A stretch of 64,000 nt of DNA from Sphagnum compactum (taxonomy: Eukaryota): NCBI GenBank assembly GCA_965153455.1, contig OZ234493.1:19272213-19336212 (forward strand), read 5' to 3'. Positions within the stretch are counted from its first letter, which is position 1. Every line of letters begins with the position of its first letter. The translations under genes and the position numbers were made by a program. The notes beneath the pieces were generated by a model. It was not told where the DNA came from, did not search any database, and worked only from the letters and a program-made list of their open reading frames with translations. Of this stretch, positions 32,129 to 48,480 are shown in pieces.

Positions 32129-33162
32129 ATCCCAGTGCCATTGAGTTGCTACACATTTAGAGTCCACTATTTTTTATGATACTCCTTGTGATTGCAGATC
32201 CTAATCTTTTGCCAGTTGCATGACAAAATTCTTGAGAGATTTTGAACCTTTGATAGGAACAGTAGTGGGCCTTGTGATTGTTACTATCAAGGAGACTACT
32301 GACAAAATTTTGTAGCCCAAAGAGATGATATCAAGACAGCTTCAAATTTAACACTTACAAGTATGGAGGAGCTTTTGAAGGTGGCTTTGAACTACTGAGA
32401 GACAGTCAATTGTGCTTCTTGACCTGAAGATAAATAGACTAGGACCAAGGTCCTCATATCTTCTGAAGATGATCTCAAACAATGAATAGAGTTCCACATA
32501 CCATGAGGAGCACATATAATTACTTTGCAGTTTAAATGTGCACAATCCTTGACAAACCATGGAGTGTGGTGCACTGGATGGTTAAAAGATCAGTAGTCAA
32601 ATTACCTAGCAACTGATACTTGTTGAAAGATGCAATTGCAGCACAATGTGCACAGTTGCATGGATGGAGCTGTGAGGTACAAATCGAGAAACATGCACAT
32701 AATCTGTCACACTATACAACTTCACTTGTCATGTAACCTGTCAGACTAAACAACTTCAATTGCCCATACTGATGCATTTAAAACCATGAAAAGACTTTCA
32801 TTGACATTTTTGGGACCACTGTAATCCTGAAACATTTTTTTCCTCTGCAGCTCCTAAAGAGCCTTGATTCAATCCACTCTCAAATACCTTGAGAATACCT
32901 TGTTGTCTACCTGACCTAAAATAATCGGGGATTTGAAGTTTTGGACATTCTTGCAGAACACAAACATCTTCACAATTGCCCTGATCCCCACCTACATCTT
33001 GTATTTAGAACATGAACTAATTGGCAGGCCAAACAGTAGGGATTCAAAAGGCCCAACAATATAACTACAATCCTAGAACATGGAGAAGAATGGACATTCA
33101 TCCCATCCACTCACAGTGCTTCAAGGGATTTCAAGAGAAGTGGCATGTCATGGAGAAGAGAC

Positions 33163-35289
<2,127 letters not shown>

Positions 35290-35973
35290 GAATGCACGAA
35301 GCTCTTCTCGTCCCTGGCTTTCGCACAGATTCTCAATTCCCTTCTAGACTCTCAAGATCACGTCTTCACCTGCATGTTTCTTTAGTGGTCTTCAGTCGAG
35401 CATCTTTTCTTTGCATTCTCACACACTTGTTGCTTGCTTGGGCTTGGGAAAAACAAGGTCAAATTTTCCCTTGTTAGATTTCATTTGATTGCTTGATAGT
35501 TTCAAACTTGAATTTGCTTCACTCATTTTTAAATAAAGAGGCATGAAAGGATGGGTTTTTTTCAAATCTATGTTCTTTAATTTATTTATTTTTCAATGTC
35601 ATTTTTCCTATGAGATTTTTTAATATTTGCTCGATCAATTTGCATCTCTCTTTTTTTCAATTTGAATTTTAATTCAATTGTTGAATTGAATTTAGATAAA
35701 TAAGAATTGAATTCCACTGAAATCAAATTTCATTCAATGTATTTGAACTCAATTTCAGAATTTCAATTTCCAATCAAATTTAATTTAATTCAAGTTGCAT
35801 GCAAAGTCATTCAATTGGAACTTAATTTTTACAAAATCAATTCATTTTTTCATCAATTGATCATCGCCAATAGTGTGCAACCATGTGGAGCCCAAGGCAA
35901 TATATATTAATATATAACATGGAGTCAAGACCGTTATTATATATGTTGGTAACTTAATTTGTGTAATACGCAC

Positions 35974-36330
35974 GTGTTCTTTTCAATTTCATGAAGTAGG
36001 TGGACTAGCGATCATCCACAAGAGGACTTAGCCAAATTTGGATACAAGTCACATAGAAAAGTAGATTTAAGAAAAAACCCATTACATATTAGTAACCATG
36101 ATTATTTTTTGGGCAAAAATTTCATATCTTGATGACAAAAAAAAGGGATTGTGAATGGTATAAAGGGTTTTTCTTTGGAAAAATGGGCCTATGTTGCCAC
36201 ATTATGGGAGAAATTCGGTTGATTGTCACCATATTTACATGATAGGTTCTAGTATGTCGCCAATTGATTGTCACCATATTTAGATGATAGGTTCTCGTTT
36301 GTCGCAAACATGCAACAAGATTCCTAAACT
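35974..36330. mobile_element. Copy of a dispersed MITE-like repeat family, with an internal 45-bp tandem duplication (about 36219-36305)
   Basis: ttttcaattt..tga.gt.gg...atcatcca.aag...ttagcca is shared with 47539-47782. Confidence 0.55.
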
Positions 36331-38187
36331 CATTAGAAAAAATCTTGTCCATTCCAACCATATGGTTACGATTATAGATGCGACTGGTGTTCAAATGAAC
36401 TACTTTTATGACTATAGTTAAATTAATCTTATGTGTTATTTTAATCATAAACATGTGTAGTCATATATGTGATTATTGTAATCACATTTGTGACTACAGT
36501 ATTGATATTCAAATGAAGTTGCAAATGTGACTATAATTTGTGACTATTACATGTTTGGATGAAAAAGTAAAATGAAAGTGTACATTTTTCATTCAATACT
36601 ACAAATGAATCCTTCGATGGATGAAAACTTAATTGTTTTTGCAACTAGTCATAGTTGTTTTGGTAACTAAGGCCCAATAATTTTTTAATTATAATACTTT
36701 GATGATTAAAACATATGCGGCATCTTTAAAATTACAACATTTGTTTGATAATCAACTTGTGTCAAATTGTTTATTGGTATTTTTATTTTTTAATGACATT
36801 AACAATACAAATTATTATATTTTTATTAAATATTTTTGAGTTATGATCTATTTATAAATATTAGATATGATGATTACTAATTATATATTATAGATGTAAA
36901 TTAAATTTTATTGGTAAAATTCGAACATATTATAACCATAATCGAGTATGATATGTATTTTAATCAAATAAAGGTTTCAAATGTTTAAAAAATATATCAT
37001 TTATTTGATCATAAAACTTTTACCATAATTTTAGATTATATATATATATTCTCCATCAAATTCATTAATTAATTTAACCTCACTAAATTTATTAAAATTA
37101 CATTTTTAAAATATTTTATATTTTATATTTTTCTGAAATTTGATTGACATATTATCCATTTATAAAAATTATATGTGAATTAATTGAAATTATGATATAT
37201 TATAATCACATTGTAATTTATTTTTATTAAAATGAAGGATTAATATGTGGGAAACCTACATTATTTATTTATCTATTATTAAAGATTAAAATATTTTTCA
37301 TTTATAAATCATGGGCTTGTATATTTTTCTAATGAATCATCATCGAATTGTAATTCAATTTAACAAAATTCAAAATAAATTATTCAAATTAATGTACATT
37401 TTTGGAAGAAAAATATATTTAATTATGTATGTCATTGAAAGTATTTTAAAAATAAATTTTAATTTTTTTCATTTGGACAAATATCAATAAAATGTGAAAT
37501 ATTGAAATTGATGTTTGTGCAATGTTTAAAATCAAATATAGGGTAAATAAAATGCATTCCATTATATTTCCACATTAAATGGGATGGTTTGATGGTAGAG
37601 GAGTTGATATCCATCCTTGGTGTCCAAAGATAAAACCTCACAAGTGACATAGTTGTGGTCAATGATGGTATGTTGATTGCATGTGCCTTACATAGTTAGG
37701 CTACTTAACTTATGTGCCCACCTTAAGCCCACCTAGGTACCTAGACTAGGTGGCCTACCTAGCTACTTAAATTAAGTTTTAAGCCTAGCCTAGGTAATGT
37801 GTCAACAACTCATAGGATGAAAACTTATGAAATTACCAATAATATGAATTATTGCATTGCATTATTTAAATAATCTACTTAATATATGTGATTTTAAATG
37901 TATATTAAATAATTTAAATTTAATTAGTTTTTAAAATGTTGCCCAATATTTTATGTAGTTGTATAGTCCTACGACTAGTCAATGGATGAAAAAGCCATGC
38001 AATCGCACGTGATATGTCACAAATGATATGTGATTGTACATGCCATGTGGAGTTTTTTGCGATTGGTTGTTTTTTTCCACTTGTCCAAGGCGATTATAAG
38101 GTTTGTAGTTGCATATGTTTGTTAGAACTAAAATTTTGTTTTCTACAACTAAAATTGTAGTCATTTATTTCCAAATTTCTTTTAGTG
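36331..38187. mobile_element. Non-autonomous CACTA (En/Spm) element
   Basis: Left end CATTAGAAAAAA and right end TTTCTTTTAGTG (reverse complement CACTAAAAGAAA), flanked by an identical 3-bp TSD ACT (36328-36330 and 38188-38190). Subterminal gacta/tagtc motifs; very AT-rich interior. Confidence 0.75.
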
Positions 38188-39330
38188 ACTTAATGTATGT
38201 ATGTTTTAAGACCTACCAACTTACCTACTTGTGGTTATGTATGACTTACCTAACTATTAAATTTTTTTTTCCAAAATATAAATAATTTGCCATGTGTCAA
38301 CTTTTGATTGTGTCACATGTCACAATCTCATACCATCATTAACAATAATTTGAAAAAATCCAATTATGTACAAAACTTCTCACAATGCCATGTGTAAAAT
38401 TTTAATAGATAGATGACAATTAATGATGTTAGCATGACATCATGGGTGTAGATATAATGGAGTTGCATAATAGTTGAAAATTAGTTGTTGTGACAAAGTT
38501 ATAATTGAGTTGTAATGAATTGCATCGTATATATGATGAATTGCAACTTTACAACTCATGCAACTTGTCCATTAGCACTCACGGCATATAAATACAGTGA
38601 TTGTGAGTGTCCAGTGCAATTCAAAAATTGAGTTTGTAAGCCAATTGTAAAAGACCTTTTTTTTTTTTTCATAGTGTGTGAATCACTAAATTTTCATTAA
38701 AGGGTAAAAACAAGTTATGATGATGCCTTTTTGGGTCTAATACTATAGTATATATGTCCCAAAATGTTTTACATTTAATTTTGGGTTTTAATTTTGGTGT
38801 TTAAGCAGTATGATTATCATTTGAGGAAAAAAACTAATCAAGAAAATTCAAAAAACCATGAATATATTTATGGTATAAACAATATAACAATATTCATTTT
38901 TTGTTTCAAATTACACTAAGTATTTTACTTGATTAATCATTCAAATAAGTGTTTGAAATGGATTTTATGGATTGTTTTTAATCACAATTCACATTCCATT
39001 TCAAGGTGATTGTTTATCAATTTATCACATATTTATGGTTAACATCATAAAAAAACCCCATTTGTGATATGAAAATTATCAAACTTTTCACATGGTTTGA
39101 AATATGTGGAATCACATTTGAAATAATACTACTATTTTCATAAAGATTTAAATAATTTCAATTTTTTTGGAATATATTTTCATTTTTCAATACACAATTA
39201 CAAGTATATTTTTCCTACAAATATATTCCAATCCACCATGATATACTTAAAAACTAATTCTTTTATTTTCTATTTTATTGTTTGGGTTATGTTCTACCAT
39301 AGTATGCAAAAACATTGTGAAACTCCTTAA

Positions 39331-40061
39331 TGTTGACATGGTTTAGGCTACAAAACATTCATTCATGGAACACAAAGTGAAAGCTATAACAGGCATGAAA
39401 ACAACCAAGTCTATAAGATTTCCTAAACCAAAACGAATATAAGGGTAGGCCTAGTTCGGTAGGCCTAGTTCGAAATCCATATCATGAAACAATAAAAACG
39501 AGAACAAAAACATGACATATGTAAGACAAATACATGACATGTGTAAGACAAGGATTTTATTGCGAAAATGAAACAAGAACAAAACAAGGTTGTGACAAGA
39601 AAACCTACCCAAAACTAATGTTGAACATATTGAAGGGTATGTGAGATTCTACTTCTATTTATACCCATTGGGCACTTATCTCAAGGAAACTTTTCAGAAA
39701 ACTTCCAACTTACATGTGGCCCATGTTCATCCATGTGTGACCCATGTGCACCCATGTCCATCCATGTGAAAAATAATGGTGAATTATGAATTAACTAGAA
39801 ATGAATTGAGATTTATTTATGAGTTAATTGAAAGTTAACAGGAAATGAATTAAAATTTAACTGATACTTAATTAAAAGTTAATTAAAAGTACACTGGAGG
39901 TGAACTAAGGGAGAACTACAAGTGAACTAAAACTTAATTAAAAGTTAACTAAGACTTAACTAAAAATGAATTGAAAATAAATTAAGAGTTAAGTTCAAGT
40001 TAATTACAAGTTATGAATGAACATTCATATGAATGCACTCCATGATGGTGGCATTCGTGAC
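39331..40061 (-). mobile_element. Putative solo LTR
   Basis: TG...CA ends (the minus strand starts TGTCACG), a minus-strand TATAAATAG at about 39655, and internal short repeats. No matching TSD identified. Confidence 0.4.
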
Positions 40062-40669
40062 AAAAACACACCAAAGTCCCCCAAAAGTGCACAATATATA
40101 TTTTGTACACACTGAATGTACCCAACCCATTTAATCCAACCATTCGATCAACGTTAATTGACTTAAAATGAACTTTGAATTACAAAAAGTTATCAAAGAT
40201 TTTTTTAAAAATTGTTTGAATTTAGTATTGTCAAAAGGTTACCATCAAGAAAAACTTGATTGTACATTGTTATACTTGTTATACATCACCATTTTTTGCT
40301 TAAAGTCGCCCACCTCTAATGTGCTTTCATTCAATAGTACAATGCGATTACGTAAAACGGTTCACTACCTTTAAATGTAATGGTTAGCACACTAAACATA
40401 TTTACATGACTACAGAAGAAAGGTATAAGAAACAACACTCATGTTGGAATATGGGTGAAATGAAAATTTGGAAGAGACTAAGTAATAAACGTAACTCACA
40501 ATAAGTACCCAAAAGTGACTCAGGTTGGTATTCACATTAACAAAAGATATTTATTTCATCATAATTTGTTTTTAAAGGCTTCATAGTCAACATGGAGTGA
40601 TCCGAATTTGGCTCAACATAAGCATGTCACAGTATTAAGTAGATCTAATCTACAATTAGGAACTTATTT

Positions 40670-43600
40670 CTATTTGTGGGTTTCGAGACAGAATGCATCA
40701 ACATGTAAACCTCCAATACTATATGGGTCAACCATTACAGAAATTCCAGTGCTACCTTCACCCATGTATACACAACCCTTCACCACTGAAACTCCTCCTG
40801 CTAGGCTACTATTTGCCTTGTATTGCCAAAGTATTTTCCCTGATATAGCTTCTAATGCCATAAGTGTACCATATGGTGTTCCATATGCGATGACAAACAC
40901 AACTCCATTGGCAACAGTCACAGGTCCATATGCAATGCTATTGTTTGGTGTAGCAATGGACCATAAAATGGTGCCATTATGTGCATCCATAGCTACCCAT
41001 CCACCTCCATTTGTAACTTCACTGGATGGAAGAAGTGTAAAATTCAGCTTGTCGTAGTTAACAATGTTTGTATAAACCCGTTGGCCATCAGTTGCTAAAC
41101 CCCAACATGCTCCTGCAGGCCCTGCAACCTGTTCAAATTATAGAAAGATACAGATCAAATCCCCTAGTTCATGGAAAATTCAAACCAAAAGCTCCATATA
41201 AGAAGAGAAACAAATTGATGCATAAAGAAAACAAAAGGCTTTTGCTGTTTGAAACAAGTTCCATGTCAAGAGTTTCACTGACCTTTCATTTGATGAACAT
41301 GCATTAATATTACGTAGGTTGCATGATAAACACTATTGAAAATTATTTTGTCATGATGAATGATTTAAGAACATTCAACTTGTAATATATATTTTAATAT
41401 AACGAATAATGGACTTTACCATTGCCCACACAATGTGTCCATCATTGCGATCAAGGGCCCATACAAATCCATTCTTTTGTCCAACAATTGCCACATCTTG
41501 CTTTGAATGCGGATGCACACTGTGGTCCAAAATGCTATGTAGTAATGGGGCTTCACCAAAGTCTGCATCAGGCCCTGGGATTGGTGGACAATTTGGATTT
41601 TGAGGTTGGAAACAATTTACATTCCAAGTATCATAGCCCCCCAAATGATGACTCCATATTATTGTGCCATTCTCCAAGTCTAGTGCAAGGACAGATTCCG
41701 AGTGATCACTTGGTTTAATGCATGGGTCAGGGACAATAGGATGTTTCTCTTTTAGTTGATTTTGTTCACATTGTGTTATGTTAGGAGGTGTGGTGTAGAG
41801 GTTTCCAGTGGCAAAAATAACAAGGTTTCTGTGTATGTCAATAGGCGGGCTACTACCCCATATTGCCGCCCCTGAGTATAAATGTTTATCACCATGATTA
41901 TCAGGTATCATAAGGGTCCTCCATTTGATATCACCTGTAATGAGATCAAGTTTCAAAAAACTTCCTTGAAAATAACAACAATCCACAGAATTGATGCCCA
42001 AGCCCTCCTCTTCAGATGATGTACCTACAAAATACCAACTACAATAAGGTGGAAATTAGCATCACACAACATTAAACCCTTAAATGCCTAGAGCCACCCT
42101 ATGTTATTTGCGAAATTTTCTTTATTTATTGACCTTATATCATAAATGATGAAGTGAAAATCAGAAGGTGAAATGTTTTTCATGCACACAATTTTATAAA
42201 ATAGAGTTATCCATAATGTAAGAAAAACACAACACCAGAACCCTGAGTTTGGTCATACACAGGGTGAGATTCAAAAAACACCTGCAAAATAGTACATTAG
42301 GATTCAACCGGGGTTGAAACTCAGAAAACCATCAACTTTGGTAGTAAACTGAGTTTCATCCTGTTTTTCCTTTTTCCTGAGCGCCTCCACTGCTGCTAGA
42401 TATATTTTTCTTTGCACCTCAGTATACTGTTTACAATTTTACGTCAGTTTGGGACCAGAGAGTCCATTGGACTACTATAATCCATTCTTTGCTCCACAGT
42501 ATACAACTACTATAATTTATCTCGGATCTTGTGCATTAAATGCTAAGTTTCAACATTTCATATTGAGATTTAATAATATGTCTTTACTTTGCGGATACCA
42601 CTGAAAGAGGGGATAGAGGGTGAAAGGGTTTCCAAAGACAGGGTGAAGACAGGGTGAAGACAGGGTTACTTTCCAGATAACTCTCATGTACAAAACATTA
42701 CAAATAAAATTTTGATAGGAAAAGTTTAATTACCTTTTGTAAGCTGTGCCAGACATTGTGAGCACAGCAAGTGGATTTGGGTCCAATAAAGTGGACCAAA
42801 CAATGTCACCTGTATTTCGATCCATAGCAAGCATTAAGGCAGGACCATATATGGCAACTAGTAGTAAATCCTTGGTAACAACAGGTGTTGTTCTTCAAAA
42901 TATTGTTATTGGACTCTTTGTGAGCTCTGTCAAATTCTTTTGCCATATAACATTTCCTTTTGTTGCACAAACTGCATATAAATAACCATTAGAAGATGGA
43001 AAGTATACTACCCCATCCAATGATACAGATGGTGTAGCTGTGACATCGTGCTTGGTCAAAAATTGCCACTTTCTCTTAAGTTTGGCAACTGTTTTGGGGC
43101 TTATTTCCTTTTCATAATAAGCTTCACGTCGGTTTAGAATGCCCCCACCATGATTTGGCCACTAAAACAATGCCACAAGTAAATATTGTGAGATATCACA
43201 AGTAAAGTATCTCATTGTTTAATGAATATGTTCCTTTCCTTTTCTCTATTTGGTGACAAGTTTGTGAAATATCATGTTTCCTAAAACATAGTCCACTTTC
43301 CATGGGTTATTAAATGGGCTTGGAAGCAAGTCTTCTTAATCAAAAAAGGAAAATACCCAAATTTTTGAAAAGGAGGGTTCAATGATGAAAGTCTTAAAAA
43401 TGTAGCATCATCACTTGCACATGCAAAAATTAATGTTGTGATAGAATGCAACCATCACTCTGATGATTAGAAACTCTTCGATCTAGCCATGTTATAAAGT
43501 GGATATCATGTTCATGGTCCAAGATTTCTTGTCACAAATTTCCAATTAGGTTAGGGGAATATGGTGGAATGTGAGAGCTGTGATCCCCTTAATTCTTGTA

Positions 43601-44816
43601 GATTCTTTTCTAAGAGATATCCATTTTGGTCCACATTAGCTTAAGCACTAGAAAATTGGGATATGATTAGCAATAATAGGTTTAACAAAGTTCACAAGTA
43701 AGATGATGTACAAGGGCGAGCAACATTTTTTGGGCTGAACATGTAAACCAATGTCATAAGGACCATTGTCAGTTTTGTTACAGGTAAGATTGCAAACCAT
43801 CCCATGAGGTCATACCATGAATTCAAACTCTTTAGCCACAATAATGGTTGAAAACAACTTGGACATCTGTTTTAAAAATGAAAACCATGAATTTACCATT
43901 TTTAAGTGACAAACTTTAATTTTTCATCAATGAGCATTACACAATATCAATAGAAAATTTATGGTTCTAAAATCTAATGTTTTCTTATTCCCTTATGGCT
44001 ATTCATTGGGCTAGTGGAATGGGAAGCTTGGATAATTATATTGTATTTATAGTTGAAAAGGTTGTTCGAGGATGGCTTTTGGTTGTGTTGATGACTTTCA
44101 ATATCGAAAGTTGTATTAAGTGCATTTTGAAAACTAAGACTAAAACTCAAGAAGTTCATTGCGTTTTCCTCAACTTTTATACATATCGTTTTTGTTTTTC
44201 CATTCTTTTTCCTCCCACAATTACACAAAATATTCAAATGAAATTTACCATTTCAATGAAGGTAGAATACCGTCATGAAATACCAGATCAGTATTGATAC
44301 TGAGTTGTATCATTTAGTCCAAAGATCACAACTATTGGGACTAGCAAGTATCACACCAACAGTCCAAATATTTATATGAGCTTGGTATTTAATCTGAAAA
44401 ATTCTTGAGCTACCTACCAAGACCTGGCTCGTACTAAATCCCTCAAGAATTTACAAACACAAACCCAGAAGGTCTCTTTAGAATATGTTACCCATTCTAC
44501 ATAAGTTAACACCACTTAACCATGAATGATCATTGAAGTTGGGGGTCCTTGGCACCTTGTTATAAGTAGTCAGTACCACATGAATGTATCTGTGTCTATT
44601 AATTTTGGGCCTCACCCCAATGGTTAATATACTCAGTTCAACTGCCTCAAGGGATGATCAGTGAATTTAACCATGTCCTAGGTTGAGAAAGGATTGTTGA
44701 AACATGGAAGATATGTAATGTGTCCAACATACCTGAGGCCCATCAAATTCATCAAATGCCATCAGAAACTTGCAGCTGAAGCATAATAACAATAACCATA
44801 TAGTTTTTGCAACCAT
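40670..44816 (-). pseudogene. Secreted PQQ-type beta-propeller protein ('polyvinyl-alcohol dehydrogenase-like'), 4 exons, one in-frame TGA
   Basis: Exons 44733-44816 (signal-peptide-like), 42734-43161, 41420-42038, 40670-41128, all GT-AG and in phase. Motifs: WPNHGG..NRR, DVTATPSV, GTSSEEE, CCYFQGS, YSGAAIWGSSP, ATGNLY, GPDADFGEAP, GQKNGFVWALDR, repeated G.I.W. TGA at 42895-42897. Confidence 0.88.
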
Positions 44817-46247
44817 TGTGTGATCCTGCAACATCCTGCAACATTGAGCAATAACTTGAGTACATGACTTAGTTTGAAAGTAACATGATTTTAGTGACTC
44901 CCAAATAGTCCTTGATTATCAAAACAAGAGCACAAGAACTTGGCTTTCAAGGGCATCTTGTAAGTTGTTGTAAGTTGTTCACTAGGCCATGCTAGAGTTA
45001 CTTTCAGTAGCCAAGAGCCAACCTGGGTATAAATGGGTTCCCAATAACCAAATTATCAATTAAGAAACATGGGTAAAAATGGTCAAAATTTCATGAAAGC
45101 TTTGATGACCAGCTGGATTGCTGCTAGTATGGCAGTTTGATGGAGGAAGGGTACTAGATGAAAAACGTAATTCGAAAAACAATTGGGCCACATGTTTCCA
45201 TAAACATTTTAGAAAACTTAAGAAAAAAAACTTAATGGATTCAACAAAGAACTGAATGATGTTAGTTTAAATAATCATCATCACTATCAAACCTGACTCT
45301 CTTTTACTTGTACTAATTTTCCATATTATATACATGACATCTTTGATTTGATGAAATCTTATCAAATAACTTCTAACAACGAGAATACTGAGACAAGATC
45401 ATGAACATAAGAGAAAACCACAAATGCAACACATACATGGGAATCAAACTTCAATCTAGCATTCAATGATCAATGGCATGCATACACAACCTTTGCTCAA
45501 ATCAAAAGATCAACCTGATCTAGAACTATAATTCCCTTAAACAGAACATCCATCATAAGGGTAAATTGTAGTATAGCCACTGACAACAGTGCCTCCCCCA
45601 GTCTAACAACCAAAGAGCTTTATGAAGAGGCTCTGGAGATCTTACTTGAAATCTCTGGCTGCGGGGAAATTCTGCCTGGTAAGGTGTGCCCTCCAATTAC
45701 ACTGCACAAATCCCCTCAAGCTGTTACGAATTGTAGAACTATTCCCTTCAACAAGAATATCCACCATAAGGGCTTGTGGAACTGTAGAATTATCACCTTA
45801 AACAAGAGGCATCCATCCTAATTAAGGGTGTGCACGATCAATGACTCACCTCATGCTCAAACTGAAGTATTTATCTGTGTATTTTTTATAAGTTCTGTAT
45901 CCTCAAACCTGGAATTTATTGCTACCTGGCTTCTTCACATCCCATGTGAATTGCTGCAACTCATCTCACATCACAAACACTTCTGCTCTGTAAATTGCTG
46001 AAAAAAAATGATCCTATTGAATTGATTATTGCATTGCTGCATTTGTGGTGCATGTACATATACAAGGTATTGTGCAACAGAGTTCAGACAGAAACCCTGG
46101 TTGATTTCTACAATGAAAGTCCACAATGCAACTTGCAACAGCTTACACTTGCACAACACCTTGTATGGGGGGGAAGAAATACTGGGAGCCGACACCTAGC
46201 AATTGCCACATCCCCTGAAAAATGAGTTGACTTTGAGCATTCTCTAA

Positions 46248-46606
46248 GAGCATCTCCAGCGGTGCTCAGTATGTGACGCTGCCAAAATATTTTTCACATC
46301 CAAGTTTAGCTATGTTCTCCTTTGCAACCCCACCAATAAAACTGAAACCGCGACAGCAAATAGGTGGGGGACTACTAATAGCAAACCACATGGACCAATC
46401 ATTATGATGGGCCAATCAGAAACACTGAACAGTAGTTAGATCTTTTCTGCAGGCGCACAGCACTGCTGCGCCTCGTACCATCCACGGTAACTTGCAGAAT
46501 TATGCTGAGCTAAAACCAATTTCCTGAGTCAAACCGGTACAGGTTGGATTTTCTTCGTCCATTTTTACTGTGCAGGATCACATACTGACCACCTCTGGAG
46601 ATGCTC
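46248..46606. mobile_element. Tourist/PIF-Harbinger MITE, family A copy 1
   Basis: TIRs GAGCATCTCCAGcGGTGcTCAGTATGTGA and TCACATACTGAcCACCtCTGGAGATGCTC, with TAA on both sides. A homologous copy lies at 61127-61513. Confidence 0.92.
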
Positions 46607-46948
46607 TAACCCAATCCCGCCGGGCCACAGTGAACCAGCACCCACCAGCGCACCATCCAACACTGGATGTCCGCTATGACTCAGTTTTGTATGAACCTCA
46701 ACTGAGTTAATATTTGGTTTCATCTTGGTAACCAGTTCTGTAGGAAATAGGTCTCATATAGCCTAGAGGCAGATAGGTAGGAAAATAGGCAACTTAACTT
46801 CTAGGTAAGTAGATATATGGTTTACACATGCTAAGGGCTGTTTTTACTCCCTACCTACTGACAACCTGCTTGTGGGTTTAAATTACATAGGTGGGAAAAA
46901 AAATTAACTGAGCTACCCACCATGGTTAGCTAAGGAACTGGAACCTAA

Positions 46949-47310
46949 GGCCCGATTTGCACTAGGAGTCAGGGCCAATGTTCAACCCAAATCCAGCATT
47001 CCTATTGGTTCAAAAGTTGAAATCAGCCCCCAAGGGCTTTACACTAGGAGCCAAGGCTGAAATAGTTTGCCCCAAGTACTAATAAATGCTGAACATTATG
47101 GCCTTGTATTGGCCCCAAGGCTGAAAAAAGGATATCATCAAATTTGAGAGGCCAATTTGCAACCCTTGGGACCAATGTTCCAGCATTTATTAATATCCTG
47201 ACATCAATGTTCTAGCATTTATAAGTAACTTGGGGCCAATTTGCAACCCAAAAATGCTTGAAGTTGGCCCCAAGGTTTTTTTGGTCCTGACTCCTAGTGT
47301 AAAGCGAGCC
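46949..47310. mobile_element. Tourist/PIF-Harbinger MITE, family B
   Basis: Roughly 30-bp imperfect TIRs GGCCCGATTTGCACTAGGAGTCAGGGCCAA and TTGGTCCTGACTCCTAGTGTAAAGCGAGCC; TAA TSD at 46946-46948 and 47311-47313. Confidence 0.9.
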
Positions 47311-47538
47311 TAAGTCACCAAGTCCACATTGCCACATCGCCAACTTCACATTGTCTGTGCTACATTGCCATCTTCCCAAGTTGACTTCATCTTATGGACT
47401 GCCCTGAATGGTCTTCAAACTGCCCAAAACTATTTCTTACGAGCTACCTAATGAGGGTTCAAACACCCCACCCTTCCCAACCACTGCAGCAACAAAGGCT
47501 CTCACAATGCAATACAGCACTGTAGTCTTGGGAGTACT

Positions 47539-47782
47539 AGGGTTTTTTTTTCAATTTTGTGATGTGGGCTAGCTGAAGTGGCCATCATCCATAAGATTTT
47601 TTAGCCAGATAAAACCAGAATCCTTCTATATTCTTGGCTACCTACTGTAACTTATCATAAAAATCTGACAATTCAATTTTATTTTATTTTTCCTTTCAAA
47701 GTCTGGTGAATTTGGGTGATTTTCTCCATGAAAAATCCTTTGTATACATTGAAATCATGGTTTTCAGGTCGAAATTTGGCAT
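47539..47782. mobile_element. Copy of the dispersed MITE-like repeat family
   Basis: Shares motifs with the copies at about 3075, 35974 and 60070 (either orientation). Confidence 0.55.
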
Positions 47783-48480
47783 AGTGGTTAGTTATGCTAA
47801 ACTTAGCTAGCATAACTAAACCTAGCTTGCCTAGCATATTAACCTAACTAATAAGCTAGGCTAGCTAGTTATGTTAGGTAGCATACCTAAATCTAGTAGG
47901 CTAACTAGCTAAGCTAGTAGGTAACCTAGGCCTAATTAGTAGGTTAGTTAAGCTAAGGTACCAACTAGGTTAAATTGAATTATGGGTTGGTAGGTTAGTA
48001 GACAAGGCTACCTACCTATAATAGATATGTAGGTGGGTAAGTTAGGCTATGTTAAGGGTTTAAAGTAGGTAAATGACCAATACACTTACCTAACTCCAAT
48101 CTACCTACCTATTTTTGACTTACTACTTCCAACCTAATTACTTATTATCTACTTTCATACTTACTTTTGTATCAAATTTGAAATAAACATGTCAAATGAA
48201 TAACTTGACAAAAATCATCACAATATAATGGGATGGTTTATTGAATAAGGATTTTGTTTAATTTTGTGAAGGTGAGGGTTTAGTAGCTTAGCCTAATTAA
48301 CCTACCTTGCAACCTATTAACATGCTTATAGGACTACCTTAAGTAGGCTAGCTAAGCTAACCAAGGATAGGTTAAGTAGCTTAGACTAATGTAAGTGAAT
48401 AGGATAAGGTAGGTAGGTAGGTTATATAGGTTGGCTAGGTAGATAAGAAGGATAGGGAAGGTATTTACCTACCTATTACT
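47783..48480. repeat. Low-complexity (ctag/tagg/ccta)n tract
   Basis: Dense tagct/taggt/accta motifs; a similar tract lies at about 37690-37800. Confidence 0.6.

Noticed and set aside
42895-42897. Selenocysteine codon
   Set aside because: Land plants lack the Sec machinery, no SECIS-like element was recognised, and the position is not an obvious redox Cys.
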